Shown here: piece by piece, positions 51,036 through 63,733 of the stretch
How the letters are laid out: each line of letters begins with the position of its first letter
Numbering within the stretch: position 1 is the stretch's first letter
Assembly: GCA_030295235.1 (NCBI GenBank)
Contig: AP026123.1
Location: forward strand, 744,001-808,000
DNA length: 64,000 nt
Reading direction: 5' to 3'
Origin: Fistulifera solaris
Lineage: Eukaryota
The notes under the pieces: generated by a model
Seen by the model: the letters and a program-made list of their open reading frames with translations, nothing else
Database searches by the model: none
Told to the model about the DNA's origin: nothing
Position numbers and translations under genes: made by a program

Positions 51036-51399
51036 GATCGTCCAGAATCACTATAGGATTAATGTGTAGGTTCTAGGAGATCGCGACTGAAGTTCAGTCA
51101 CGCTCCATTTACGGAAAACGAATAGAACGGTGAAATTTCATTAAAAGCCACAAACAATGATAGACATAAAATGTGTAATCAGTTTCAAGGCTTTTCGTTG
51201 CTATTCTTCGTGTTGCTATAAACTAGAGCTGCGTTTAAATTGCACCCTGTTTTGACCTACATTGAAAAACTCACGTATACCTGGAATGCGCATGAAACAA
51301 ACTATCGACCAACATCTCTCACTTTACCGCCTACTCTGGTACCCAACGTAAATGAACCAAGGAACTATGATTCTGTACGACTTTTCATATCTTGTTCAA

Positions 51400-52028
51400 C
51401 TACTCATGTATAGATTCCCATTTCCCATCTAAACACGCAAAGTCCGGGTCACGCTTCTCCTCCGAATATCGAGTCGGCCAGTGTCCGCAAAAGAGACGCA
51501 TTCCAGTGGAGCCCACCAATTGCCTTCTCCTCCCTTGGAAGGGGGCGTCGACGACGTCCATTGTGAGAATGGTACTTGACACGGTTCACACTCTTTCCAC
51601 CATTCCCTCGTGACGGGATCGTCCGCGATTGCTTTCATATCCGAGGCAAACAATTCCTGTTCTTCTTTTGGTGTTGGGAGTCTTAAATAGCGTTCGTAAA
51701 ATGTCCAGTGTCCTATCCACTCAAAGGACTGATACAAGGTTGAATATTCTTCGTGATAGTAAATGGAGAAGTTGCGGATGTTTGATTTGTATATTCGTTC
51801 CAGCACTGCTTCCCATACATTATCATGCAGCTCCCGGTACTGCTGATACTTTCCTATGCGTAATCGTATCGCAGAAGCGTGTCGACGAGGAGCGGGCAGT
51901 CTGACTCCACTTTCCTTCCCTATGATTTTGTTGGCTTTTCGCACTTCTTGCAGCGCATACACAGCGACGGCTGTCCCCAACGCCGCTATCGTCGAGTAAG
52001 CGAAGAATCGATACGACAGTGACGACAT
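51400..52028 (-). CDS. L-rhamnose mutarotase-like protein with N-terminal hydrophobic anchor; frameshift ~51490
   Basis: YRELHDNVW..V...I...NIRNFSIY, DMKAIADDPVTREWW..CEPCQ, WWAPLE.V. Confidence 0.8.
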
Positions 52029-52507
52029 TGTGCATGAGATGGAAACTCAAAATCAACAATCAATAATCAATGATGGTTCGATCATTGCGCTTCTGTTGTT
52101 GATCGGAACACGGAAAATTCGTCGAACAAGAGCGTCATTTTTGTTTGCTTTCAAATTTGTCGCACTAAAATTAGTATCCGGCACTGAACTTTTAGAATAC
52201 TGAATACCGGACCAAATAGTAATATACAGTAATCAACAGAGACAATAGTTAGACTGTGCTAAGGAATGTACGTGACATGTATGACACGAGAAAACGATCG
52301 CGATCTTGCCTTCGAAAGATCCGATCCATCCGAACGACACTTGCAATGCAGCCGCAACCGTCTTCATTCAAGCGGATAGAATAATTATCTTGGCACTGTC
52401 GATCTATTGAACGTCTTATCTTGACTGATAGAAGCAAACGCTGAGCACTTGATCGATATATCACGACTTGCAGGCCGTCGAAAACGTATTTCAAAACGCA
52501 AAACTCG

Positions 52508-53922
52508 ATGGCACGTCTCTCTCGATTCATCTTTGCCTTTATCATTGCCGAGTCTTTCGCCTTTGCAACACAATCGAAAGTCCCCAAGATTTCTCCAGCC
52601 TACAAATCGCTATCGTTTATTCCGCAGCCAGCATCAACTCGCGCTCAAGAAATGTCGGGTGTTTTGCGCATTCGAGGCGGTGGCCCTCTAGCGGCCGAAG
52701 CAACGCCTGCCGCTCCTGCCAAGAAGATTCGTATCACGGCATTTGATTCAATGCGATTCTTCCTCATTGCCGTTATCGTATTGGGTCATTTCATCAAGTT
52801 CGCCAATCCGTCCGACTTTGTCTTCAAATTCGTGAGTCAGCACAATATTGCCGTCGGGGCTTTCTTCGCCCTTAGTGGATATGTTACGGCGTACACCTCC
52901 ACCGAGTTGGGCAAGCGAGAACCCTCGCCTAAGTTGTTGGATACACCCAAACAAAAATGGGTTTTGTCTCGAATTTTCGGATACTATCCTCTTCATTTGG
53001 TCACGCTCCTCTTGTTTTCTCCCGTCTTTTTGTATGCCGATGTCACCTACAATGGCTGGATGACAACTGCCATCAATGGGTTGATGTCAGTGACAATGAC
53101 GCAGGCGTGGTTTCCGATGCATGCGGAGGTGTGGAATGCGCCGACCTGGTATCTTTCGGCTTTGAGTTTCATTACGGCACTGATGCCATTCGGTCTGCCG
53201 TCGATCGCCAAGATGAACAAGTCGCAGCTTCGCAAGACGGCCGGATGGTTGTTTGCGACTTTGATGTTGCCGAAGTTGGGTTATCTACATGACTTGAACT
53301 GCTGGTCGGTTGTAGAAGGGGTCGTCAACCCCAAAGCGCATCCTAACTTGGCTTTATTCAACTTGCTTCGATTCAGTCCGCTCTACAATGCCGCCGAAGT
53401 ATTCTTGGGAATCGTTGCTTGCCGACTGGTCATGCTCGACAGTGATCCCGACGAGAAGGAAAAGAAAGTCAAGACAAATGCGCTCAGTACCTTGATTCCC
53501 ATTGTGTCTTTGGTTGGCTTTAGTGCTTTGCGCGGCTTGGACGTCATTCAGTGCAGCGAGTTCGTGGCGCGCCATTTGTTCTTTGTGCCCATGTTCTTGC
53601 GCCTTCTTATGGCGTGTCACCGTAATACGGTGAACAACGTGTCGGATTTGACTTGCACGATTTTGTCGAACCCGTTGTTGGTGTGGCTCGGCAATTTGGC
53701 CTTTCCCATTTTCATCGTCCATGGACCGATTGGTCAGATCTTTTCAAAAAGCTCATTGCTACCAAGCTATTCGGTGGAGTGCTCATGGGACCCACGAACT
53801 TCGCAGCGTATTTGGCGGCAACGGTCGGAACCGCCTATGTTTTGCAAAAGACAGTGTTGCAGAACAAGGCTGTGTCCGATTGGTCGAACAAAGCGGTGAA
53901 CAAGTTGTCAGCGTGGATGTAA
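52508..53922 (+). CDS. Acyltransferase-3 family membrane O-acyltransferase; frameshift ~53745
   Basis: FDSMRFFLIAVIVLGH, FFALSGY, WNAPTWYLS, LVWLGNLAFPIFIVHGP; N-terminal signal. Confidence 0.88.
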
Positions 53923-54100
53923 AACACTTTTCTAGCTGCTATGTCGTGGGTCGTGGAGGATTCACCAAGTTTTAACATATAATCTAAATACGGTAGATCA
54001 TACACCAGGCTGTGATGAGTCTATAAGCGTGTCGATTCGATAACGCTAATAATTATTGATCATTGGCTCACAATAGCGATGTTGGTCAAATCATTATTTA

Positions 54101-55270
54101 TTGACACTGGAGTCTAAAAGACGCGTAGTATCCCTCTGTCGATAAATTTCCTTACGAGAGCTACGTAAAATCACGTAGACATTCGAAGCGCTGCGTCGTT
54201 CGTTCCATCGACGTTTTGTTTTCAAATCGGAAACAATTATTGCTTCCGGATACGAACCAGACACGGTGGATAAGGAAACGCTGACATCTGTGCACTTTAG
54301 AGGCAAGAATTGAAGGATGACGAAAAACGCAATATCCGGGTGGCCCTGCAGAGATAAATTTCCTACGGCGGCTACGCAGAATACGCGTAGACATTGGAAG
54401 CGTCGTATCTTTCTGCTGTTTCGTCTTTCACTGTCAACCAAAAGTCGAATAATGTTTCATGGCTCGCATAAGCGATGTTGGGCAACGTTGTGTTGACATT
54501 GGTGTCCAAAAGACGCGAAAAATGGTGTGTTCGAAATTGGACAATATCCGGGTTCCCCTCTGTCGATAAATTTCCTTACGAGAGCTACGTGAAATCACGT
54601 AGACATTCGAAGCGCTGCGTCGTTCGTTCCATCGACGTTTTGTTTTCAAATCGAAGGCAATTATTGCTTCCGGATACGAACCAGACACGGTGGATAAGGA
54701 AACGCTGACATCTGTGCACTTTAGAGGCAAGAATTGAAGGATGACGAAAAACGCAATATCCGGGTGGCCCTGCAGAGATAAATTTCCTACGGCGGCTACG
54801 CAGAATACGCGTAGACATTGGAAGCGTCGTATCTTTCTGCTGTTTCGTCTTTCACTGTCAACCAAAAGTCGAATAATGTTTCATGGCTCGCATAAGCGAT
54901 GTTGGGCAACGTTGTGTTGACATTGGTGTCCAAAAGACGCGAAAAATGGTGTGTTCGAAATTGGACAATATCCGGGTTTCCCCTCTGTCGATAAATTTCC
55001 TTACGAGAGCTACGTAAAATCACGTAGACATTCGAAGCGCTGCGTCGTTCGTTCCATCGACGTTTTGTTTTCAAATCGGAAACAATTATTGCTTCCGGAT
55101 ACGAACCAGACACGGTGGATAAGGAAACGCTGACATCTGTGCACTTTAGAGGCAAGAATTGAAGGATGACGAAAAACGCAATATCCGGGTGGCCCTGCAG
55201 AGATAAATTTCCTACGGCGGCTACGCAGAATACGCGTAGACATTGGAAGCGTCGTATCTTTCTGCTGTTT
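54101..55270. repeat. Tandem array, 424-bp unit = dimer of diverged 212-bp monomers, ~2.7 copies
   Basis: caatatccggg at 54330, 54542, 54754, 54966, 55179; alternate monomers are near-identical. Confidence 0.97.
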
Positions 55271-55796
55271 CATGTTTCATTCTCAAATAAATGAGATTTA
55301 AAATAAGCATTGCTGTAACAATGATTGTAAGCTTACCAGGTATTTCTCGTCGTTTCATTATCATGCCGGTCAAACGTTTCTGGCATACAATACTACTGGT
55401 AGTACCATAGTAGTCAGCGGTGGTCCCCGGTCGTGTCTGAAGTCTGAATCAGACAGGAGCCCCTCTGCTCCGATTGTGACCTGGCAACGGTTCGGTGTTC
55501 GGTGGATTCCATCCATTGTCCACTGGGTTAGTTGTGTTTCTCTAAATCGATTAGGGATTCGGTTCTCTTGTAGGGATAGGACGTAAGCATAGTAAATTCT
55601 AGCCATTTTTTTTTTAGTCAGCTGCAATCAAACACGTTCCAGGACTGCATTATTTGGTTTGAGTCACTAAGTGCCACCATTATACGTTATACGTACCTGG
55701 TACAGGAAACGACGTTTAAATTCTGCCTCGCCGTAGGCGCTACGTAGAAATTTGTACTGAGAGGCAGAATCTTAACGTCCTTTCCAGTATAATGCA

Positions 55797-56071
55797 TCTA
55801 TTTATAATGGGCCGAGGCTCAGTGTCCGTGTGTGTGTGTGTGTCCGTCACGGGAGGAACTTTTTTGCCGCTTTTTTCCGGTTTTTCTTCGTCAAATGGTT
55901 TAGACGCTGTTCGGCTTGCGAACCCGCGAAGCGCCAACATCGAGTCCCGCTCACGGGCTCAGTCACTCTTTTGCTTTTCGGCTTTTCCACGGGGAACGAG
56001 CCCCCGCTTGCGGGAAGGGCGAGAAAGAAAAAAGCTCCCCGCAGAGGCTATAGCCCGCCGCTGGCGGCTAG
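55797..56071 (+). mobile_element. Non-autonomous Helitron-like element, copy 3 (longer variant)
   Basis: A|TCTATTTATAAT, gtccgtgtgtg microsatellite, shared gagcccccgcttgcgggaagggcgaga block, ccgcc-gct-ggcgg hairpin, CTAG|T. Confidence 0.82.
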
Positions 56072-56220
56072 TAATACTCCATACAGTAATAAATATTGGG
56101 CGTGGACCGTGGACGAGGAAAACTTTTCTCGCGTCTTCATTCATTCATCTTGTTACGTAGTATTAATATTATCATCATCATCAGTACTTTCCCTTGTAGA
56201 TTACACTAGTAAATCGAACG

Positions 56221-57579
56221 ATGGTATCTCGCGCGTACAATTCAGCAAGCTTACTAAAGCATCGAATAGTCTTCCTTCAAGGACAACGTAGCAAGTCCTC
56301 TGACTCGTCCGCTCGACTGGCTTCTTCACTCGAATCTGCCAACAGTTTTTGGCTTTCTTTGCGACGTAGAGCAGCTATTGCTTTGACGCAGACCCTCAGT
56401 GTTGATGATAAAAAAGCTCTCTTAGAAAAGATTGGAGGGAAGCAGCTTTTGCAACCTGAGAAATTAGAAGTTACGCGCCTACAACAAGAGGACGATGATC
56501 CCCATTTACTCAAGAACAGCATTGCCGAAGCGGTAGCCCAAGCGCGAATGGAGGAAGCGCAAAGACAAGAGAAGAAATGGGAAAAAGATAAAGAAGCTAT
56601 ACTTCGAGAAGCAGAGAAAGCGGCGATGGAACGAGTGGCGAGTCAGTTAAGGGTTCAGAAATTCAATCAATGGCAACAAGAGGTTGGAATAGCTAAGACC
56701 TCCTCGGTAATGGAAAAATCCGCGCAGAAAGACGAGACTCAAGAGGAGACACAAAGCAAACAAGAACATCCAATTCTTGGCATGGCGCACGCGAGTTTGG
56801 GCTACAAGAGCGTTCACTTGGTGTCCGCCAAGGACCTGGCGGATATCCCAGTTTGGGAAAAGCAACGAATTTATCGGCATGATCGTGCGAAAGCAATGGC
56901 ACAAGACAAACTCAAGACCATGAAACTGGGTATGCCGGGCGTCATTACGCTTTATGAAGTAAGTGCTAAGGATCATACCGCGGAAGGCTAAATTTGGGTT
57001 GTCGCCGAATATCTGACAATTTTCTTGCAAAAATAGGATCGCGATGGAAAACTAAGCATCATTGATGGGCAGCATCGTGTTGGCATGATGTCTTTACTGA
57101 ACGAGCAATCCGTAGAAGGGCTTGACCTTGACAACGTTCTAGTGGAAGTATACAAAGAACTCGCTGAATACGGAGAAGATCACGCGAAAGATATTTTCTT
57201 GGAGATCAACAAAGCGGAACCAGTCAAACTGCTCGATATGCCTGGAGTCGCTACAGCCAAAGATCGCACTATCATTAACAGGGGAGCACAGCTATTGATG
57301 GAACGATATCCTAGTATGTTTAGTCCGAGCCAGAAATGTCGTGTGCCAAACTTGAATATTGATAATCTCCGAGATGCACTTTTTGCGGCTAACGTCATAA
57401 AGCGACACAGCCTTACAACTGCTTCTGCTTTGGAAGCATGGCTTCTTGAGCAGAATGCCATAATGGAAGCGAAATATCAAAGTGATGAAGCGAAAAAGAC
57501 TGTATCCGTGTCTGCCTTGGCGAAAGCCGAGACTCACAGTTTTTATCTTGGCTTAGACTCAAGCTGGTACTACCATTGA
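56221..57579 (+). CDS. Coiled-coil + DGQHR-motif (ParB/Srx/DndB-like) protein; intron 56959-57036
   Basis: Splicing gives ..KQRIYR..PGVITLYE|DRDGKLSIIDGQHRVGMM..IFLEINKAEPV. Confidence 0.8.
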
Positions 57580-57645
57580 GTTTTCTAGTGAACGATGATT
57601 ATTTATTTATAGCTGTTTTTATTATGATCACTTCAATTCGTTCTT

Positions 57646-59296
57646 CTATAATAAAACATTGGATGATCTATGATTCAGAATATCGTCACTGGTGCTTGGT
57701 ATGCTTTGGGGAATCGGTGAATGCATTTCCAGATTGTCGGAAATGCTGGAATCGACTCGAGTCATTCCGTGACGCCCGTTACTACAACATCCTTTCTTTC
57801 CGGTAGCTGTCATATACAATACCGCCCCGAGTCCCACGGTTGCCATGCTGAATAAATAAGTCGTCCATGATGCGAGCAACAAAACTGCAACAGTCATAAC
57901 AAGTGTCGGTGCCAGGAATATAATGCAACCTGTCGTTCCGAAAGGAATTTTCCAGGGTCTATGTAGATCCGGACGCGTAATGCGCAACTTGATAAAGGCC
58001 GCAAACTCGAAAAGGAGCGATATTGAGTAATTGAAATTGAGCATTTCAATGAGATGGTCCAAGTCGGTGACACCCATCACAACAATCACCGCTGTGCCGA
58101 GAAGAATGCCGTACGTCGGTGTTCCGTAGCGCGATCGTGTTGCAAAAATAGACGGAAGGAAACCGCGCTCAGCCATTCCGAGTATTTGAAAGGCATCCGA
58201 GGACAGTTCGGCTAAAAAGAGTGCGACATTGCTGATTCCCGCCGCAAAATGGTCCAATCGCCCAGCCACTGTCCGACGACGTCACTGGCGACTCGCCCTA
58301 AATAACCATCGACCCAAGCACTTTGTGGAGCATCCGACGCCCCCAACGCCACTAGGAGAGGAACAAAGTATCCCGCAGCCACAAGAACGAACCCCCACAT
58401 CATCCCTTGTGGGAAAATCTTGCCCGGATCTTCGACGTCCGCCGACAAGCACGCGGCGGCATCAAATGAATTCAAATTCCAAAACAAGTTGTTAATGAAA
58501 GGTCTCCATAAAACGCCTCCCCAAGTAATACTGTCCCAAAACGAAGTTCCGACGTCATCGGCTACGACGGTTTCCGTGGGCATTTGAAACCATCGACTCG
58601 GATCGACTTTGAACGCCCCAACAATCGTGAGTATCATGAAAGGACTCATTGCGATAAAACAAATGGCAATCGCCATTTTCCCGACAACATCGAGTCCCAA
58701 GTAGTTCACGTAGGCCAACGAAATGGAAATGCTCGACAAGAGACAAAATCGTATGACGGGATGTCGGACACCACTGGCTTCCGGTGCATCCGAATCCACC
58801 GGTTGCAGTACTTCAACGACATAATCTAAAAACAATACGGGATAAATCGCATTGTCCGTCGCTCCCGCAATCCAATTCAAATACCCGGAAATCCATCCCG
58901 CCAAGGAACCAAAGGCTTCTTCGACCCACGCGACTCCTCCCGAGGATTCGGGAAAGGCCGCTCCCAATTCGGCCGTAATGGCCGCTTCTTGCAAGGACCA
59001 CAAAAGGGCATGATCAAAAAACCCAAAAGCGTGTAAAAATTGCCCGCCGATCGGACACTGGCTTCGACACCGAACGGTCCTCCCGAGACATTGTAAAAGA
59101 CAATGACAGCAAGTGGCAGAACACCAATCTTGCCGGGTAAGCCATGAGGATTGTGGGGTGTCGGCAGGGTGTATTCGTCATCAAAGGATTCGAGATGATT
59201 ATTGTCGCCATTTTGGATGAGATCGGATCGCTCTTCGTGCGCTAGCGAGGCACTGTGTGTCTCGGATAACACTTGGAGGACTGGTTCGTCCTTCAT
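57646..59296 (-). CDS. APC-family polyamine transporter (PUT/RMV1-like); frameshifts ~59003, ~58248
   Basis: FYNVSGGPFGVE, EAAITAELG, DNAIYPVLF, FWNLNSFD, ELSSDAFQILGMAERG, SRYGTP. Confidence 0.9.
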
Positions 59297-59887
59297 ATTT
59301 TTTCAATAATACAATCACAAATAGCCACCCAGCCAGCTGTAGCGCGTGAAAATGATGATTCTATCAATAATTCAACACGATAAGAGCTGAAAAGATGTAA
59401 GATCGGTGGTTCGACAGAATAGTTCGTTATGGATGCAAACACAATGACAACGATTGCAGCGTGTTTATCGCGCAAGGCGCCAAGCCAGCACGAAGCACGA
59501 AACGAAAAGGTGCGTCCTTGTGTCGTCTGTTTCGGAAATTCCGAACAATCGAGCGAAGTTCGTCACAGTACAAAACGTGCGTTGTACGTTGAAGAAGCTT
59601 AGTATAGATTATGTTGTAGTCTTGCCTAGCTAAGTAAAATGTGAGGGAGGCAGAACGGCGTTTGGGTGACAGTTTCCGAATTTTGACGGCGGTGAACCGA
59701 ATGATGGGAGCTGCGTTGATGCTTCTGCAAATGCAAAAGACGTCGAACGAAGTCTTCTTAGCATTCATCAACATCACTTCAATTGATTCTTCATAAACTC
59801 GATCATTGCGATCAATCTACAAAGCAGTCTCAAATACACGCACACAAATAGTAACACGCGATGGTTGTGAATACCCTCGCTCACCAC

Positions 59888-61685
59888 ATGCCCGTCATTG
59901 CGGAAGGAGCAACGATCCCTGATGACGCCCCTTTCATCGACAATGACAACTTGATTCCTCACGAAACAACTCCCTTTGTACGACACAAACGACGATCTTC
60001 GAGCACAAGTTCGATCTTCCCCGACGACTTTTTTTGTGCCTGAAAAACTAGGACTCGTCTCGTTTTCCATCTTGGTCTTTTACAATGTTTCCGGAGGACC
60101 CTTTGGTGTCGAAGCCAGTGTCCGCGCGGGCGGCAACTTTTATTCGTTACTGGGATTTCTCGTCGTTCCTTTGATTTGGTCGTTACAAGAAGCGGCCATG
60201 ACGGCCGAATTGGGTGCGGCCTTTCCGGAAGCGTCGGGAGGAGTCGCGTGGGTCGAAGAAGCCTTTGGGTCGACGGCCGGTTGGATGTCGGGATATTTGA
60301 ATTGGGTCGCGGGAGCGACCGACAATGCCATTTATCCGGTGCTCTTTTTAGAATACGTCATGCAGATTTTCAAAGCCAATGTATTGGAAGAAATCGAATC
60401 GGCGCACTCGGATACGATGCATCATTTGATTCGCATTTTTCTCATTACGGCGATATCGACGTCATTGGCGTATATTAACTGGATGGGATTAGAGTTGGTG
60501 GGTCGTATTAGTATACTCATCTGCTTCGTTGCGATGAGTCCTTTTGTGTTGCTTTTGCTGGTGGGCGCTGCCAAATGTGATCCGAGTCGTTGGTTCGAAA
60601 TACCCGATCAGATTGGTTCGGATCATACCGTGAGCTTCTGGGAAAGTGGATTTGTGACGACCGGTGTTTTATGGCGACCCTTGATCAACAATTTGTACTG
60701 GAATTTGAACTCGTTTGATGCGGCGGGAAGCTTTGCCGCCGATGTGGATGATCCCAACAAGACGTTTGCCCGGGGAATGATGTGGGGTCTCCTGCTCGTG
60801 ACGATTGGCTACTTTGTGCCGTTATTGATTGCCACGGGAGCTTCCGACACGCCTCATTCCAAGTGGGTGGAAGGATATCTTGCCGGCATCGCCTTTGATG
60901 TGGGAGGAGTTTGGCTGGGAGCTTGGACGGTCTTTGCTGCCGGAGTCAGCAATATTGCCATGTTTCAGGCAGAGATGAGTGCTGATGCCTATCAAGGTAC
61001 GTCTCGAAGAAATGATAAAAGTCGTCGTTTCGCATTATTTCATTTACCAAGTGATCTATTGATTACTATTCTCACTCGTTCACCTTGTTTATATGCTTCA
61101 TTTCTTTATTCAACTGTACCTTACGGTTCTTACGTCTTACAATTTCCGACACGTTTTTCCTGGCTTTTAAATTATCTGCAACGCTATTTGTTCACTCGAA
61201 TGGGACTATATTTGGCAACAGTAATGGGTATGGCGGAGCGAGGCTTTCTGCCCAAGATTTTCGCTCGCCGCAGTCGACAAGGAACACCCACTTACGGTAT
61301 TTTACTCGGAACTGCGGTCATTATTGTGGCTTCGTCGTTCTCGAACTTTGATGAACTCGTGGAGATGCTCAACTTCATGTACACTCTTTCCCTCGTATTT
61401 GAATTCGCTGCCTTTATCAAGCTCCGAATATCGCACAGCGAGACACATCGCCCATGGAAGGTGCCACTCAATACGTTTGGTTGCATTCTGTTTCTGCTGC
61501 CAACTATGGTCTTTATGGTCATTATTATTGTCATCGCTTCATGGAAGAGTTACGTATTTGCTCTGGTCTTTGGAATTATCGGGTTTTTCTTGTTTCTGTC
61601 ATCCGAGTCGCGGCGACAAGCCAGTCGACGAAACAAGGAGGGAAGTTCTGCCGCTGACAAAGATAACTCGGAACATCATCAATGA
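59888..61685 (+). CDS. APC-family polyamine transporter paralog; frameshift in T-run ~60030; intron 60997-61221
   Basis: Same motifs as the 57646-59296 gene. Confidence 0.9.
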
Positions 61686-62313
61686 AACAAAGTGCCTTCC
61701 CTTGCAGTCCTTTGCGAGTGGAATTGACTAGCAGGGAGGCAGTAGAGGTTGCTAGAGAGATCCATTTGTGTCGCTATCCTCGTGTTCAATTTTGATTTTA
61801 TGGTTTAGACTAAAGAGCAAGTAACTTTTGTTTTGCAAGATAGAGATGGTCGAAGATTAGATTGTCGTTTTGCTCTGTGTTAAGGCTACGGAAGGCCATT
61901 GGGATGACTTTCGTTAGTGTTAGTTCCGCAATAAGTTTTACTATATAAAAAAGTGTTTTCGGATTTGACCACGACTGGAATTCAGTCATGACCGTCAGTA
62001 CCGGGTCATCCCTTCCTACTGTTTCGACTATACTGGTCGCCGCGCTGAATTCGCGCAATTCTTTTTTCTTGGAGTGTCTCTTTTCATCGCAAGAAAGGTG
62101 ACGAAAAACGGTCCAGCTGGCGAAAACACGACACAAAAACATCAGGACAGCTTCGTAATTCAGATCCGCGTCATCGTTATTACTTTTCTTTCCAGCTCGA
62201 CGAGCCACGCCATTCGCTGAATTCACACGGAGCCGTTTCTTCGCAAGATCCACAAAATATCTGCATTCAAAGCCGTATTTGAGCCATTACAGGAAAAGAA
62301 TTAAATTTGCAAC

Positions 62314-63669
62314 ATGCAGGCTACAGAGAAAACGGCTGCTTCTATTCTCAGGAAAAGACCCGTCGGAGCGACAAAAACGAAAGAAGACAATGTGCCTCCG
62401 CTCGTGACACTCCGCTTGGATTCAGCGGTGTCCATTAGCACGAGTGCGTCTTCTGAGTCAATGTCGAATGATGTTGGGAAAGTTTACGTGCCACCGCCAC
62501 TCGTCAATCAGACTTCCGTTCTCCTCGTGGGCTTTTTTTATATTCATTCTGGCAACGATATATCCTCCGCTGATTCTTCTCCTTGCCTACATGGCTTCCA
62601 AACTCATTCCGTACTCGTTCCGCGTCAACGACGACGCGGCTTCAAGGCGACGACTGTTTGCCGATTTCACCAAGCAAGATGATTTACCGGACGAATTCAA
62701 GCAACTCCCCAGCCACATTCTACTGGAAGAGTCTTATTGGGTCAACTCAAGGTACGCCGATTCGTTCTTTGTCGCACAAATAAGCCTCTGTAGCTGCTCC
62801 ACTGACTTCTTTGTTGTAAAGGGGCATGGCGTTATGTACAACAACGATGACACCGAAACACAAACCGATCCGGGCTGTTGTTTGTTTCTGCCACGGTTAT
62901 ACGGACAATGTTAGCTATATGAAGCAGATCGAATACCAGAGGCTGGTGGATGAAGGAATTGCCTTTGTGGCCATAGAATATGAAGGACATGGTCGGTCTG
63001 ACGGTTCTTTAGGGCTGATCAACGACTGGAACTCCTTAATTGAGGACGTGTCTTCTTTTTTCAAGAAATTTCTCGGGCCCGATTTTCAGGAAAAGTATCT
63101 TTCTCATGGGTGAGTCGATGGGGGAGCCGTTGCATACTGCACATACAACCGAATCCCGCACGTTTTCCGCGGAGTCATCTTTGTGTGTCCGATGTGCAAG
63201 ATCAGCGACGATATGTTGCCTCCCCCAGTGGGTTGTTAACACACTGATATGGTTGATTGGACCTTCGGGAAGTACGTCGTTTCTCGGATACCTTCCGATT
63301 GCTCCGGCGAAACAAAATGTGGGTGAAGTGGCGAACAAACTAGAAGAAAAACGTATTATAAACGGGCGCGCTCCGCTAAATTATGAACGAAATCCTCGTT
63401 TGGCGACAGCGCGTGAACTTATCAAAGCTACACAGAGTATTTCGAGCAGCTTATCAGACTTTGATGCCAGCTTCTTGGTAATACACGGGAAAGACGACCG
63501 CGTCACAGATCCAAAGTTGTCACAATCACTGTATGAGGAATCCAAATCGAAAGACAAGTCCCTCCGACTTTACGATGGAATGTGGCACGGTTTGACCAGT
63601 ACGGAACCAGACGAGAATATCGATCTTGTCTTTAGCGACGCTATTGCATGGATTTTGCAGCGTTCTTAG
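62314..63669 (+). CDS. Alpha/beta hydrolase, monoacylglycerol lipase-like; intron 62752-62821, several frameshifts
   Basis: CFCHGY, EGHGRSDG, GESMG, IHGKDDRVTDP, YDGMWH. Confidence 0.9.
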
Positions 63670-63733
63670 GTGCGAGTACTGATTTTTTCATTAAAAAAAT
63701 AGATTAGACTTAGAATATTACATTTCCTTTTGC

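Noticed and set aside
55370..55627. GIY-YIG-like ORF (IYYAYVLSL)
   Set aside because: No YIG/YVG motif follows; short ORF without ATG start; similarity to 1183-1330 is at nucleotide level.
61810..62253. 147-aa minus-strand ORF
   Set aside because: No recognisable motif, non-ATG start, lies in the upstream region of the lipase gene.
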